A stretch of DNA of 64,000 nt. It comes from Paraspadella gotoi. Taxonomy: Eukaryota > Animalia > Chaetognatha. The stretch is taken from contig CM119265.1 in the NCBI GenBank assembly GCA_051294375.1, positions 14,458,414-14,522,413 of the forward strand. The letters run 5' to 3'. Below the pieces are notes generated by a model. That model made no database searches, had not been told where the DNA came from, and worked only from the letters and a program-made list of their open reading frames with translations. Shown piece by piece: positions 1-12,700 of this stretch. A program made the position numbers and the translations under genes. Position 1 is the first letter of the stretch, and each line of letters starts with the position of its first letter.

Positions 1-1161
1 ATCGGTTGTCTGTTTAAAGTTTAAAAAAAATAAAACCACCGAACAGTGATTTTTAGTGTTTGATATTCATTGATATCTGATACATGATATCTTTTTGGTT
101 TAGTTTGAACAATTTTGTAATTTTTGTTGAAATACAGTAAACCTTTTTATTCCTTTTAGCTTTAAGCTGACCATTCACTAATCCAAGGTCTTGTTATTTA
201 ATCTATGAAAATTAAAGGAATGCTCTAACAGCTTTTTACCTCCTTTGGTCCTTGAAACGCCCTATATTACTTTTTATACTAATACTCAACCAATCAGAAA
301 CTAGAGTTGGCAATCAAATTTAAAATGTACTAATTAGGGACTGGGAATAAGATTCTATAGTGTCGATCTTGGTTTGTCGGACCAATATTTTTGCTCATTA
401 TTTCTGTGGCGCGGTCTTAAGTTGCACCACAGCGTGACGGAGGCCGTGACACTGAAGTGACAAGGCACTAAGATGTTGACAAGTCCATTGGCTTCTTACA
501 TCGCAGGGAAAGGATTTCACTTGATTCTAATTGATCATTTAGATCTGATTGAGATTGTTTTATCTAATCGTTTTGTTAATCAATTAATTACATGAGATTA
601 TTTGAAGTTGTTTTTCCACATCTTAGATTAATGTACTCATTACATTATTTGTGAGAAAGAATAAAATACTTGTTATCATTGAGAGTGATAAGCATCATGT
701 ATTTACTTCAAGATTAAAAACCAGACTGACTGAGCTCAGTCAAACAATCATAAAGGTAAACAACTGGCTAGCAATCAATTAACAAAAGATTTTGTAAATA
801 AGGACCTCTTCAGTTGATCAGAGGAAACAAAAGGTTTCAAATTCAATTCTATACTTTGAGTGGCCAAATTTCTTCTAACTATGGAGGAATTTTTACTAAC
901 CAGTCATTGAAAAAAAAATCGGACAATCATCAACTCTGACTGATGAGCAAATTTAAAATTATTTTAAAAATCATTTCTACAAATAAAAGACGAGCGACCA
1001 ACCAAAAAGTATTTTATTTTGATCTATCTTTTTTTTTTCTTGATACGAAGAACTTAATTGGACTTCCACGAGTTCTAAGTTACGTTACGGTTCATGTATT
1101 ACATTTTGTTGTTTTTTTGTTTTTTTTTAGATTTATTTTAGAGCTACGTTTTGGAAGGACG

Positions 1162-3238
1162 ATGTTAAAGTATAATCCTCGATTTGTTGCTAACATTTCT
1201 GATGGTTTCATGTTTTCCGAAATTGAAAACTTGCCTCTTCGGTATACTGCCGCAGCGCATTCGGGATTTACCGCAGTTTAGTGTTATTTGATTTTTTTTT
1301 TCGCGGAGAAAATTATAGTTATAGTTTTAAAAATGAATAGGTGGAGTGCGCTTTTCCTTACAATTATTCCCTACAAATGCTTCAAAAATCAAAGTTTGAT
1401 GCGGATCCATATATTCGTCACCTATTGATAAATTCGTTTCCTGGAGACTTTTCCCAAGGCGAAATGGGTTTTGCCTGCGATCCAAAAAGGTAATTTTTTA
1501 GTATTATTAGTGTTATATTATTTTAATTTTATATTTTTATAATTTTTATATTGGTTGTACCAATTTCATAATTTACTATTATAATTTTTTTCTGATGCCA
1601 TATACTGCTTTTAACAAATTAAAACAGTAAAGGTTCCAAAAACAATATAATATTTTCAATTAAAAATTGTTTAGGGACGGCTACAGGGCAAACGAGAAGT
1701 TAAAAACTTCACTCTAGGTGACTTTCCACAAAAGGAAATTCTTTGTCCTTCGATAAATAAATCTTTGTCTACGTACTACGATAACATTTTTCGTTTAATT
1801 CATTTTATTTTAATCGACCAAAATTAACATATATATATATATATATAAAATTGTAATTTCTATTTTAAAGAAAAAGATTTTAGTATAGTTAAAAAATATA
1901 TATTTTTAAAATTTTTTTAATTTTGAGTGGCATAAAGTTTTATGGTTTTTTGGCAATTTTCACTTTGATAACTTTTTAAATATATATCTTAATTCGTTTA
2001 AATTCTCTTTACTACGTTATACAAAAAAAATATATTCGGGAGAGTATTTCTTTGTTGGCAAAATGAAAAATTTAGGAACCTTTTATAATGCATTAATATC
2101 ACATATTGAAATATTATTAATGTTGAAAATTTTGTACAATCAAATTTTATGGTGCAGGTTTTAAAAACTTTTTTTTATCAATTAACATTTTTTTTAAAGT
2201 ATCAAAAAAAATTTCAAAAAATCAATATATTATCAATGAAACATTACTATTTTTTGTTAAGATCTGTGAAAGTTTGAAGACTATATTGTTTAACCTATAT
2301 TTATTTATTTCGTTTAAATTATATAATATGATTTCATTGGAAGACTAGTTCCCTTTTTATTATTTCTATATTTGCTCATTTCATTTCTAGCTAAACATTC
2401 TAGTTTTTAACTTTTAGAATTTTAATTGCCGGATATTGTTGAGATTTGTTTAAACACGTCTCTGATTTGTTCTAAGGATTACGGAATTTCGGAAAAGCTT
2501 GCAAGACTTAACTTTGAAATATGCATTGGGCCTTGAGTGTTCGTTTGTCCATGTAATGACCGGTAAACGCCCACCTGGTGCAAATGATAAGGATTGCTTC
2601 AACGTCCTCAGAGAAAATTTATGGTTTGCTGCGGAAGAATTGTCTAAACAACAGATTACTGCATTAATTGAGCCAATAAATTCAAGGTAGTGATTTTTTT
2701 TAATAGAAATTAAAAAAATGGTTTTTTTGATAGTTTGTAACAACTTTCCAGTATGATTTTTATTATTACTTTACCGTTTATACCCTATGTTTTTGTCGTT
2801 TTTGTTTTCATAAATTTAGGATAACTGCCCCGGGTTATTTACTGGATGATTTTGACTTAGCAGTCGATTTAGTGAAAAAAGTAAATCATCCAAATCTTAA
2901 GTTGCAGTTTGACTTCTACCATTGCCAAATGCAGCACGGCTCGTTAATTCATTTCTGGGAAAAATGCCGATCATTTGTTGGTAATATTATGAAAAAATAA
3001 TAAGTATAATGTAGCTATTCTTCCTTGTATTTTTTTGATGACAGGCCATGTTCAAGTGTCTCAGGTTCCCAGTCGTGGAGCGCCATGGAATGAAGGAGAA
3101 ATTAATTTTTCTTACATTTTTAAACAACTCAAAGCTTCTTACAATGGATTCATCGGATTAGAATATAGCTCTGGTTCTGACACTTTATCTGAGCTTCAAA
3201 AAATAGATAGCAATTGGAAAGAAATATTGTTTTTATGA
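1162..3238 (+). CDS. HYI: Hydroxypyruvate isomerase (5 exons: ~1162-1275, 1341-1489, 2478-2687, 2820-2980, 3045-3238)
   Basis: Spliced translation gives RFVANISDGFMF...GFTA|VECAFPY...LINSFPGD..GEMG, VHVMTGK, LIEPINSR|ITAPGYLLD, NLKLQFDFYHCQ, GHVQVSQVPSRG..GEINF..YNGFIGLEY. These are colinear with metazoan HYI, and the junctions are GT-AG and in frame. Confidence 0.92.
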
Positions 3239-3754
3239 AATATCCAACTTTTATCTGTCATAATGAAATCTTTTCTTTTTAGTTAAAACTTGAACGTTTT
3301 AAATAATAAATGCATGATGCATATCACGCAATTAAAAACATCGAAACCTTAAAAACTACGCGGCTACCCTTTTTTTAATTCTTTAATTAATTATCATTGT
3401 TATTAATGCAATTTATTTTAAGATATAATGCATATTACTTATTAAAAAAAGGTTCCCTCTAAAGCTTACAGTATAATAATTATTATGATAGAATTAAATA
3501 CAGTTGAATGAGTTTTTATGTTAGAAAAATCAATTTAAAAGGAACCTTAGGCTTAGGTATCAACTGCATTAATTGCAATGATTATCTAGCTATCCCTTTC
3601 AAATTCTTCGCTGGAAAGTCACTTCAATCCGTTACTGAAGTACATAAAAAAATTGAATTAATAACTCGACGTAATCAAAAAAGTGATTAATTCTGAATAA
3701 AAAATGTAAATAAACGAGGATTTTTTACTTTGTGCACCTATTCGGCGGGAAATC

Positions 3755-6700
3755 ATGAGTTCCAGATTCGTCATCACGAAAGCCGACGAAAACAATCCTA
3801 ACCTTCAAGGTTCTGTTAACGGAGAAGAAGGTCAGGCTGGTAAGCACATTCAGATTTATTCCGCTACATCTATATGTTTATAAGTTATAGTTTTTAAAAC
3901 TTTGGATTATTTGTTTGAGGTAGAAAATGAATTGTTTGTTTGAAATTTGTTTGCATACGAGTTTTTTTATCGTCGCAATCGCTTTGCGTTTGCGACGATC
4001 TCGTAACGCTTTTGCGCATAAGTGGCGTAGTCGTCGTCGTCGGCGTTCCAACTTATTGATCGCCTTTTTGATGTTTAAATTTGGGTGTATGGAGCTGAAA
4101 ATTTATATACAGCTTCTCATCATCGAGGTCCTTGAAATTGGGTGAGGACAGTTAAATATGTTTTGTTTACGTTTTATCAAAACAAACAAATTTTCTTTAT
4201 TTTTATTTTTATGTCTATTTCTCTCTCTTTTCTCTTTTAATTATATGTAGCTCTCTCTCTCTCTTTTCCCCAGTCGCTGATTCCTTTGGCTCTGCAGGGG
4301 CTTTCTTTCTTTTTTGCTCTTTTCTCCTTTTTATTCTTTCTTTCCTTTCTATTCTTTCTTTCCTTTCTATTCTTTCTTTCCTTTCTATTCTTTCTTTCCT
4401 TTCTATTCTTTCTTTCCTTTCTATTCTTTTTTTTTTTTTTATTCTTTCTTTATATTTATTCTTTTCTTCTTTTTCTTTTATAAATTAATTTTTTCTCAAA
4501 TTTGATTTTTTTTATTATCAAAATTTGTTGTCAATCCAGATTTTTCTTATGCGATTGCGACGATCCTTATGCTTTTAAGATTTTTTTACCTCAAACAAAT
4601 AACCCAACGATTATGGATTATTTATTGTAAATTCCTGTTAATAAAAAATAATTTTGTTGTGAAACGAAACTTAATGTTATTTAAATATATGACATGAAAT
4701 TTGACAGTGATATGTTTTAAGCAGTTTAGTTTCATGAAATAACTGGTAAAATCTGAAATGAAATATGTACCTATAAATATTTTTTTTTATTTCTTATTCT
4801 TTAATTATGCATATGGAAATTAAAACCAATAATAAAATAAAGGTTGAAGGCCATTTGAAGCAAGCCGATTTGTTTTTGTTTTTGAATTTCTTGGTATAGC
4901 TATCTAAAAAAGGAAAAAAAAAATAACCCGTAAGATTTTCAACTTGTATCATTTGACACGCGATCGAAGATATTCTTTAAAAATTTCCTTGAATTATATT
5001 TATTTGTAGTTTAAGATAAACTACCAAATGGCTCTCTACTTTTTTAAAGAAATGTAAACTTGGGCAATTAGCATACCATACCCGCGTTTAAACTGAAGCT
5101 TTAATTCAAATTTATTACCTAATTTTGGTTCTTTATTACCTAATAGGAGGTGCCGTTGAATCGGCGAATGGGACTCCGGTTAGAAGCCCGGCGGTACCGG
5201 CTTCATCTTCGCCTAAAGGATCTCCAACCTCACCCCCCGCGGTCCTTCAACCCACCCCATCATCCCCTCCGCCCACCGTCACCTTTTCGGGTAAATAGAT
5301 TTGTTTGTTTCCACGAGTTAGCCACAATGCAAAACAGCCAAGTTAAGTGGTATTTTTAAATTAAAGATGGTTTGCCGAATTACATTTTGTTAAGTTCTAA
5401 AAAGTAAGGGTTTCAAAAAATTGATCATTGCGTTTGTTTTGGTCTGCAACAAATAGGAGTGGTCGAAGATGAGCGAGCATCTATCAAGAACTCCGGTGAC
5501 GTGGAAGCCGCCGCCAATCACCGTAGTTACGGCAGCAACGTCGACACGGCTCTTTTGGCCAGTCCGGTAATTAATCTTAACTCCTTGTCCATGATTTTTA
5601 AATTAGCATCCTTAAAAATAGGCACAATGTCAAATGCTAAGCGTTATTGATTTATGAAAATTTGCAAATTACTTGTTTCACTATTTTCTATTTTAATATT
5701 TTAATATTTTAATATTTTTATGAAGGGTTTAGTATTTAATCTATATTATTTAATCAAACATATATTGCTTTCATTTTTAAAAATGTTTTATTTATCTAAT
5801 AATTTAAATTGGGAATGGGAATGGGAATATTATCCAATGTTATTGCCCTAGGTCTCCGAACCTTGTGATACAAACGATACGTTAGAGAACCTTCATCTTA
5901 ATAATGGTTATCAGGTCAGACATGAAATTCACACTACGCAGTGCTTAACCGTTATGATACATACTAGTATACTAGTATAAATTCGTTTTAAAATGAAAAA
6001 TTTAACATTTGAAATAATAAGCAAATAAACAAAACAAAACTACTATTACGTGGAATAGCTGTTTGTCCCCAATTTTTACATGAAAAAAAAATTTAACAAT
6101 ATTTAACGTTTTTGTACATATTTAATTTATTCGTAATTACAGGAATTCGATAATAGACATAAAAACGACTGACTGATTATTTGATTAAAATGAAAAAAGA
6201 TACATAATTTTTACGAAATTAGTATAAAGACATTAAATGAATTTTTTAACAGTTATTATTAGCCATAAATAATATAGCCGAAATGTCATAGAATATTATT
6301 TTCTAACCCTTTCTTGCTTTGCTGTTCAGGATACAATTGATTCTTCAATGCTGGAAGACGACCGACGTAATCTTTATTTATACGCGGAAGAAATTCAACA
6401 CCGTCCGCAAATAACATCCGTCATCCGCCAACTCGCCAATTATCAAGTGAGATTTTTATTTCGCCAGACGAGCCTAGGCCTGTCCTGGGCGAGATTTAGG
6501 TTTACTCGGGCTAATTAGTGACGTCGTCGTCGTTCTCATCACGCCTTTTTATAATTGGATATTGTAAAAGTGTGTATTTGTAGGAAGTTAAAAATGATAT
6601 ATGGCTTTTCATTATCAAGATCTTTAAAAGTGATATGTTACATATTGATACAAGTATTTTTTATTTGAATTCCTTTTACATTATGATTAACTGTAATATG

Positions 6701-9700
6701 CAAATTAGTATATTGTATAGGGAAAATTTTTTTTATTGTATATCGCTTTCTCTCAGTCGCCGCCTCTTCTGATTCGTCCAAGAACGAGTTGAGTTCTGAA
6801 GCGGCTGGACTTTTTTTCATTCTTTTTTTTTTCTCTTTTTTTTTTCTTTTTTATAAATTTTTAAAAAATGTTGTCAGGATCGAACTTGTGATGTTTAGCA
6901 TCGCAGTCGCGCATATTATCATTTTACCATCACAAAACCTGTTTTTATCTCGCTTTTTCTCTTCCCCTTTTTCTATCTCAATATCCCACCAACATTTATT
7001 CATTCAATTTATTTAATCAAATTCAATTAAATTCGTTCAATCTAATTAATTCAGTTCATACATTTAAATTTATCTTAATTCTCATTTATTTTAATTAAAT
7101 AAATTTAAATATAATTCATTCATTCAATTAATTTCATTTATTCAATTCATTTCATTAAATTCATTTCATTTCGTTTTATTCATTCATTGCATTTTTTAAA
7201 CGTTTTCCCATCAATTTGGCATCAATCATTCGTTTTCATCGTATCAATCATTCGTTATCATCGCATCAATCAATCATTCGTTTTTCTCATTTTTTTTTTT
7301 CAGTTTTCAGTAATTCCTATAGCGAAAATTTACATAAGATCTTAATATTCTTCCTGTCCTTGTGATGACGTTTAAAGAAGATATATATTATAGATTAAAA
7401 CTCTTCCCAAAATACCTTACCCTTCAATAACCTCAAATAAATGACTCCTGGCGAAAAAAGTTATATCAGCCTCATTCATTATTCATTTTTATGGCATCTT
7501 GGGTATCGACTGAACCTAAGATCAAACCGATTACAAAATTGATTTTTATCATTAATTTCTAACAAACTTATAAGAATGAAAAGTTTGACCAAGCCGAGAA
7601 AGAAAGAAAATATTCTTAAACTATTCTTTGGTATATCCTTTCTTTCCGTTGTTGTATAGAGATTTACAAAGAATTTTGAATTGTTACAACAACAAAATAA
7701 TAATAAAATCGTTGTAACAATTCAAAATTCTTTGTAAATAAACTATTCTTAAAATATTAATTAACTGATACCTAAGACTAAGCTGTATCTAAAAATGTTA
7801 ACAGCCCAAAGTTTACCTACTGTAAAGCTATAAAGATAAGATATGTAAAGAAAATGGTAGAAATTCTTGATCTTTCGTTTCGCTTTAATCTATTGTAGCA
7901 AATTAATTTGTGAATTTTCTGAAATGAGATTGAGTTCCTCAATCTCATTTGCATATTGTCGTATTCTGATTAAGCTTGGATAAATTTTTATTCTATTACC
8001 ATAAAGGTTTAATATTATTATTTTACATTAGTAAATAATCATGTTTGTGGTTCAATTAATAGCTAAATAATTAATGAATTAATTATCGTAATTGCTAGTT
8101 TACTACTTTAATTATTCTTGTGATTCCAGCTGACCTTTCTATGTTTAGTAAAGAAAATATATTCTTAGAGAAGGGTCGGTTTTGAACCACTATGCCCTTG
8201 CTTTAAGTATAAAAAAAAACCAAAAAAAAAGAAAAAAAAAGAACAAAATAAAATTAAAAAAAAAAACTATGCCCTTGCTAGCTCAACACTTAGGTTTAGT
8301 ATCTATTAAGATAATAACATGTAATTGCTATCTCTAATTGCTATCTGTAATTGCTAATCTAACAAACTTATAAGAATGAAAAGTTTGACCAAGCCCAGAA
8401 AGAAAGAAAATATTCTTAAACTATTCTTAAAATATTTATTAACCGATATCTCAGACTAAGCTGTTTCTAAAGATGTTAACAGCCCAAAGTTTACCTACTG
8501 TAAAGCTATAAAGATAAGATATGTAAAGAAATGGTAGAAATTCTTGATCTTTCGTTTCGCTTTAATCTATTCATTCACAATTTTTCAGACGGCGATTCCG
8601 GGCGAGCAAGAGAGAGCAGCCGCCAAAAACACTCCCGAGGTCGCCAAGCTCGGGACTATTCTCGGCGTTTACCTACCTTGCATCCAAGTGAGCCAATTTT
8701 AACTTGCTTCTGATAGAAGAAAATTCGTCACTGGTTCATCCGATTAAAAAAAAAATTATTAAATCTCAATGTTTTTGCTCACCTCGCCCGAATATTTTTT
8801 TATCACTCCAACAGAACATTTTTGGCGTGATCCTTTTCATTCGTCTTGTTTGGGTCGTTGGAACCGCGGGTTCGCTGCAAGGTTTCGTCATCGTTGGCAT
8901 GAGGTGAGTTTTTACGACTTCAACTTTGCGGGAAAACAGAATGTGGCGCCTCGTTTGTTTGTGCCTATTTATGTTTTCGCTCTCGTTCTTTCTGGGGGTA
9001 AATCGCGTCAGTAAAAAGAAAGATTGACCCAATATACCTGGGGAACGACGTCTAGTTGTTTCTCGTGCGTTTGCAGCCATAGATTTTTTGACGCGAAAAC
9101 CTTATCAAGTGCCGTAGCTATCATATTTGAACATAAATTCCTCTTCCCCGATTATAAAAGACTGCAACCGAGTGAATCGTGAAACTCCGTGGAAGGAAGA
9201 GGTCGTTGCCCTTGAAGCGTAGAAAGTTTAGACCTGATAAATGGTTTCCGTTGGCTTGAGTCCATTTTTAATTTTATTTCTTTTCTCACAGCTGTTGCAC
9301 AACAATGCTGACCGCGATCTCCCTGTCCGCCATATCTACCAACGGGGTCGTACCCGGTGGCGGTTCATATTTCATGATTTCAAGAAATCTAGGGCCAGAG
9401 TTTGGTGGGGCGGTGGGCATTCTATTTTACCTGGCAACTACATTCGCAGGCACGTAGAAATGTGTTAATTATATATTTTTATTTTTTTGTCAGTTTAACT
9501 TTGATTTCAAGATTTCAGTTTTAAGGTGGGTAGCATTTTTTGACCTTTCAAATGGAGCGAGTAAACAGTTTTCTTTTGCAACACCACCGACGGATAATTA
9601 CGAAACAATGTTTCAAATGATAGTAGCGAATTCGTATTCCGTATAGAAGGATTTTGTCCAGATAAGAAGAGGGACAAACCAAGAACGAGGGAGGAGGAGG

Positions 9701-12700
9701 AAAAATGCCCAGATGGAAGAGAAAAGGAAAGCGCCAACGCGGGAACAGAGAAAATGGAGGGAAACGGTCAACACTTTAGTTATAAATTTGCTGTATTGTA
9801 GAAAGGAAGCTATTACGAAATCTGAAGTTGGTAAAATATATCAGGATATAACACGGTTCGAACAATACCAATGCTAGTGTTTAAATGAAATCTTATAATT
9901 TATATCATTCTAGACTATTGCGGCAAATAGTACATAAAAACTACATATTTTGTTAGAAATTTAATTTACGTTACTAACTTAAAAGAAAAACAATTTGAAT
10001 TATGAAAAATTCATTATTAACGCATCATAGTCTGTTAAATTTTACATTTAATGCAAAATTTTCAAGCATCATTATGCGGAAAGATTGAATTATTTTTCTT
10101 TTAAATTTTATTTTTCAGCGGCGATGTATATTCTCGGCGCAGTGGAGATTTTCCTCATGTACATGACCGAGGGCGCAGCTTCTCTTTTCGGCCCCGTTGA
10201 GAAAGAGGAGGACAAAGCAAACCTTCTCAACAACATGAGGTTAATTTTGACTTGATTAGTGATTGTATTTTATGCCAATTTTCAAACTTTTTTGCCGTTT
10301 TATTCTCTGACCTCATTTTTTCTTTTTTTTTTCTTCGTCATAGCACATGATACAAGATAATTTGTATTAGAATAAGTTAAATAAGTTAAAAGAACATCCA
10401 GATATATAATGGACTCGACACTTTTTTTGGCAGGGTTATGGGATCGTTGCTTCTAGTCTTTTCCGGAACCTGCGTCTTCATCGGCGTCAAATTCGTTTCC
10501 CGTCTGGCACCTTTTGCTCTTGTTTGCGTCCTTATCTCCATTGTCGCCATTTATACCGGTTAGAGGGGTATCGACAATCTAAATATAATTTTAAAAATGA
10601 TTCCTTTTTTGGCTGGCATTAGTTTTATTTCATTCTCTCTCAGGAATCGTAGTGAATACGGTACGCGGCGGCGCAGGTTTGATGATTTGCGTTTTGCCCC
10701 ATCCCAAGGGCGAACGCGTTATTCCTGCCGGAAAATACGAAAACGAATCCGCTGGGTAAGTTGACTCGGGAGATTGAAGCATTCTTCTTAGTGGTGATCA
10801 AACGAGCGTCGTATCTAGAGAAAGACAGAGACAGACAAAGACGCCCACACAGTTCAGGGACTACCCATAAAATACAAAGGGGGAAAAAATACAAAAGTTG
10901 CTCACATCTGTACTACTTCAGTGTTAGCTACAGTATAGTGAAAAATTTCGGGAGGGGATAAAATAGATAAACTAGATGATTGGGCCCTCATGGATTTTGA
11001 GCATTACACAATACACAGTACACAGAACAAATTCTTATTTTAACCACGATTCATTCATTTTATCATCATTTAAAATTATAATTAAAACAACTATTTTCAG
11101 CTTCGGCTTCGATTCTTGGTGCAACCGAAACAATTCGCTTCTGAGATCTGTGTGCGAAACTGAAGAAGACCCGGACTCGTGTCTCGCCGGAATACAGTAC
11201 CGCGATGGGATTCCTGGTGAGACGAAGCGAAAACATCTAACATCAATCTAATGTTAAACTGCTAAATGGAATTTTTGAATTAAATTGAATCAGAAGTAAT
11301 GAAAAATTATAATTTATTTTGTATTTAGCAAATATTAATTAATAGAATTACTTAATTTCGGTACCTAGGTTTGAACAGTCCAGTATTTGGGCAAAACTGG
11401 GCCAGCATGTACAGAAAAGTGGGCCACGTTCTTCCTGGAATCCGTGGGGACGAGAACAACGAGGTAAACAGGAGAAATTCACTCACTGCGTCCAATTGGT
11501 ACGTTTAGTAAAGGTTGCTAACTGCCGTAATCACCCGGTTCAATTGCAGGTCGTGTCCGACATAACGACCAGCTTCGCTTTGTTATTGGGTCTCTTCTTT
11601 CCTTCTTGCACGGGAATAATGGCGGGATCCAATCGCTCGGGAGACTTGAAAGATCCTTCTAAGTCCATTCCCGTCGGTAAGGACTCGAAGGATAAAACCG
11701 CACTTTTTAGTTTTTTTCACAAAACGGGTCCTCTCCCTTCTCATTCTTCTGCTTCTCGTTAATTTTTTATTGACTTCGAATATACAATTTTACATACAAT
11801 AAATATCTTACTTTAAGCGCGATTTTTGTTTAAGTAAAACATCATTAGCCAATAGTCATTACTTCTCTCGTGCACAGGAACAATAATGGCCATAATAACG
11901 ACTTCAGTCGTCTACATTTCTTCGGTTCTGTTGTACGCCGGATCCGTGGAGGGCGTCCTAATGCGGGACAAATTTGGACTTTCAGTCCGAAAGAAATTGA
12001 TCATCGCCAACCTCGCCTGGCCTAACGAGTGGGTAATCCTCGTGGGATCCCTGCTCTCCACCGTAGGAGCGGGTTTGCAGGTCAGTTAAAAACCGAGGGC
12101 CTCGTGCATGATCAAACGCTTCTCACCCTTATTGCTAGACCTTTATTATAATAAAAAATAAAACCATTTTTATTTTAAGATGATCATCAGTTAAATAATA
12201 TAACTTCTCTACTTTTCTGCCTGCCATCCCACGCTATGATAATTAGAGCCTGGTGGGCGCCCCACGACTTCTTCAAGCCATAGCCAAAGACGGCATCATT
12301 CCCATCTTAAATCCCGTCGCGGGAAGTGACAAGCGCGGAGAACCGGTCAAAGCAATTCTCGTCACCATCGCCATTTGCGAATTCGCCATTTTAGGTAAGT
12401 TGCCTGAAAAGGATTTCCCCACGGCCGTTTTCCAGATTCCGCTACGTGGAATCTCCTCCTCCGGTTCTATTTTTCCCTTTCATGATTTATTTGCTCTTCA
12501 TCCTCTATTCTCCGCTGTTCTACGCTCGCAGGCGTTTACGAGTCACAGGTGAAACATTAACCTCGAATTTTTGACGCCAATAATCCGTCCGGCGCTTGTG
12601 GGCCCTTCATACCCCGTCAATGGCCTTCGTTCCCCCCGTATCTGCCGCCCCTTCCTCCTAATCTGCAATTTGTGGCCTTCTTACTAGGGCCCCATTTTAA

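Noticed and set aside
404-432. Hairpin ctgtggcgcggtcttaagttgcaccacag as an ncRNA
   Set aside because: A single short imperfect stem with no family motif or second copy; insufficient support.
4286-4505. Phe/Leu/Ser-rich ORFs (also 15708-15917 and 17633-17910)
   Set aside because: They are translations of CT-rich tandem repeats inside HINE elements.
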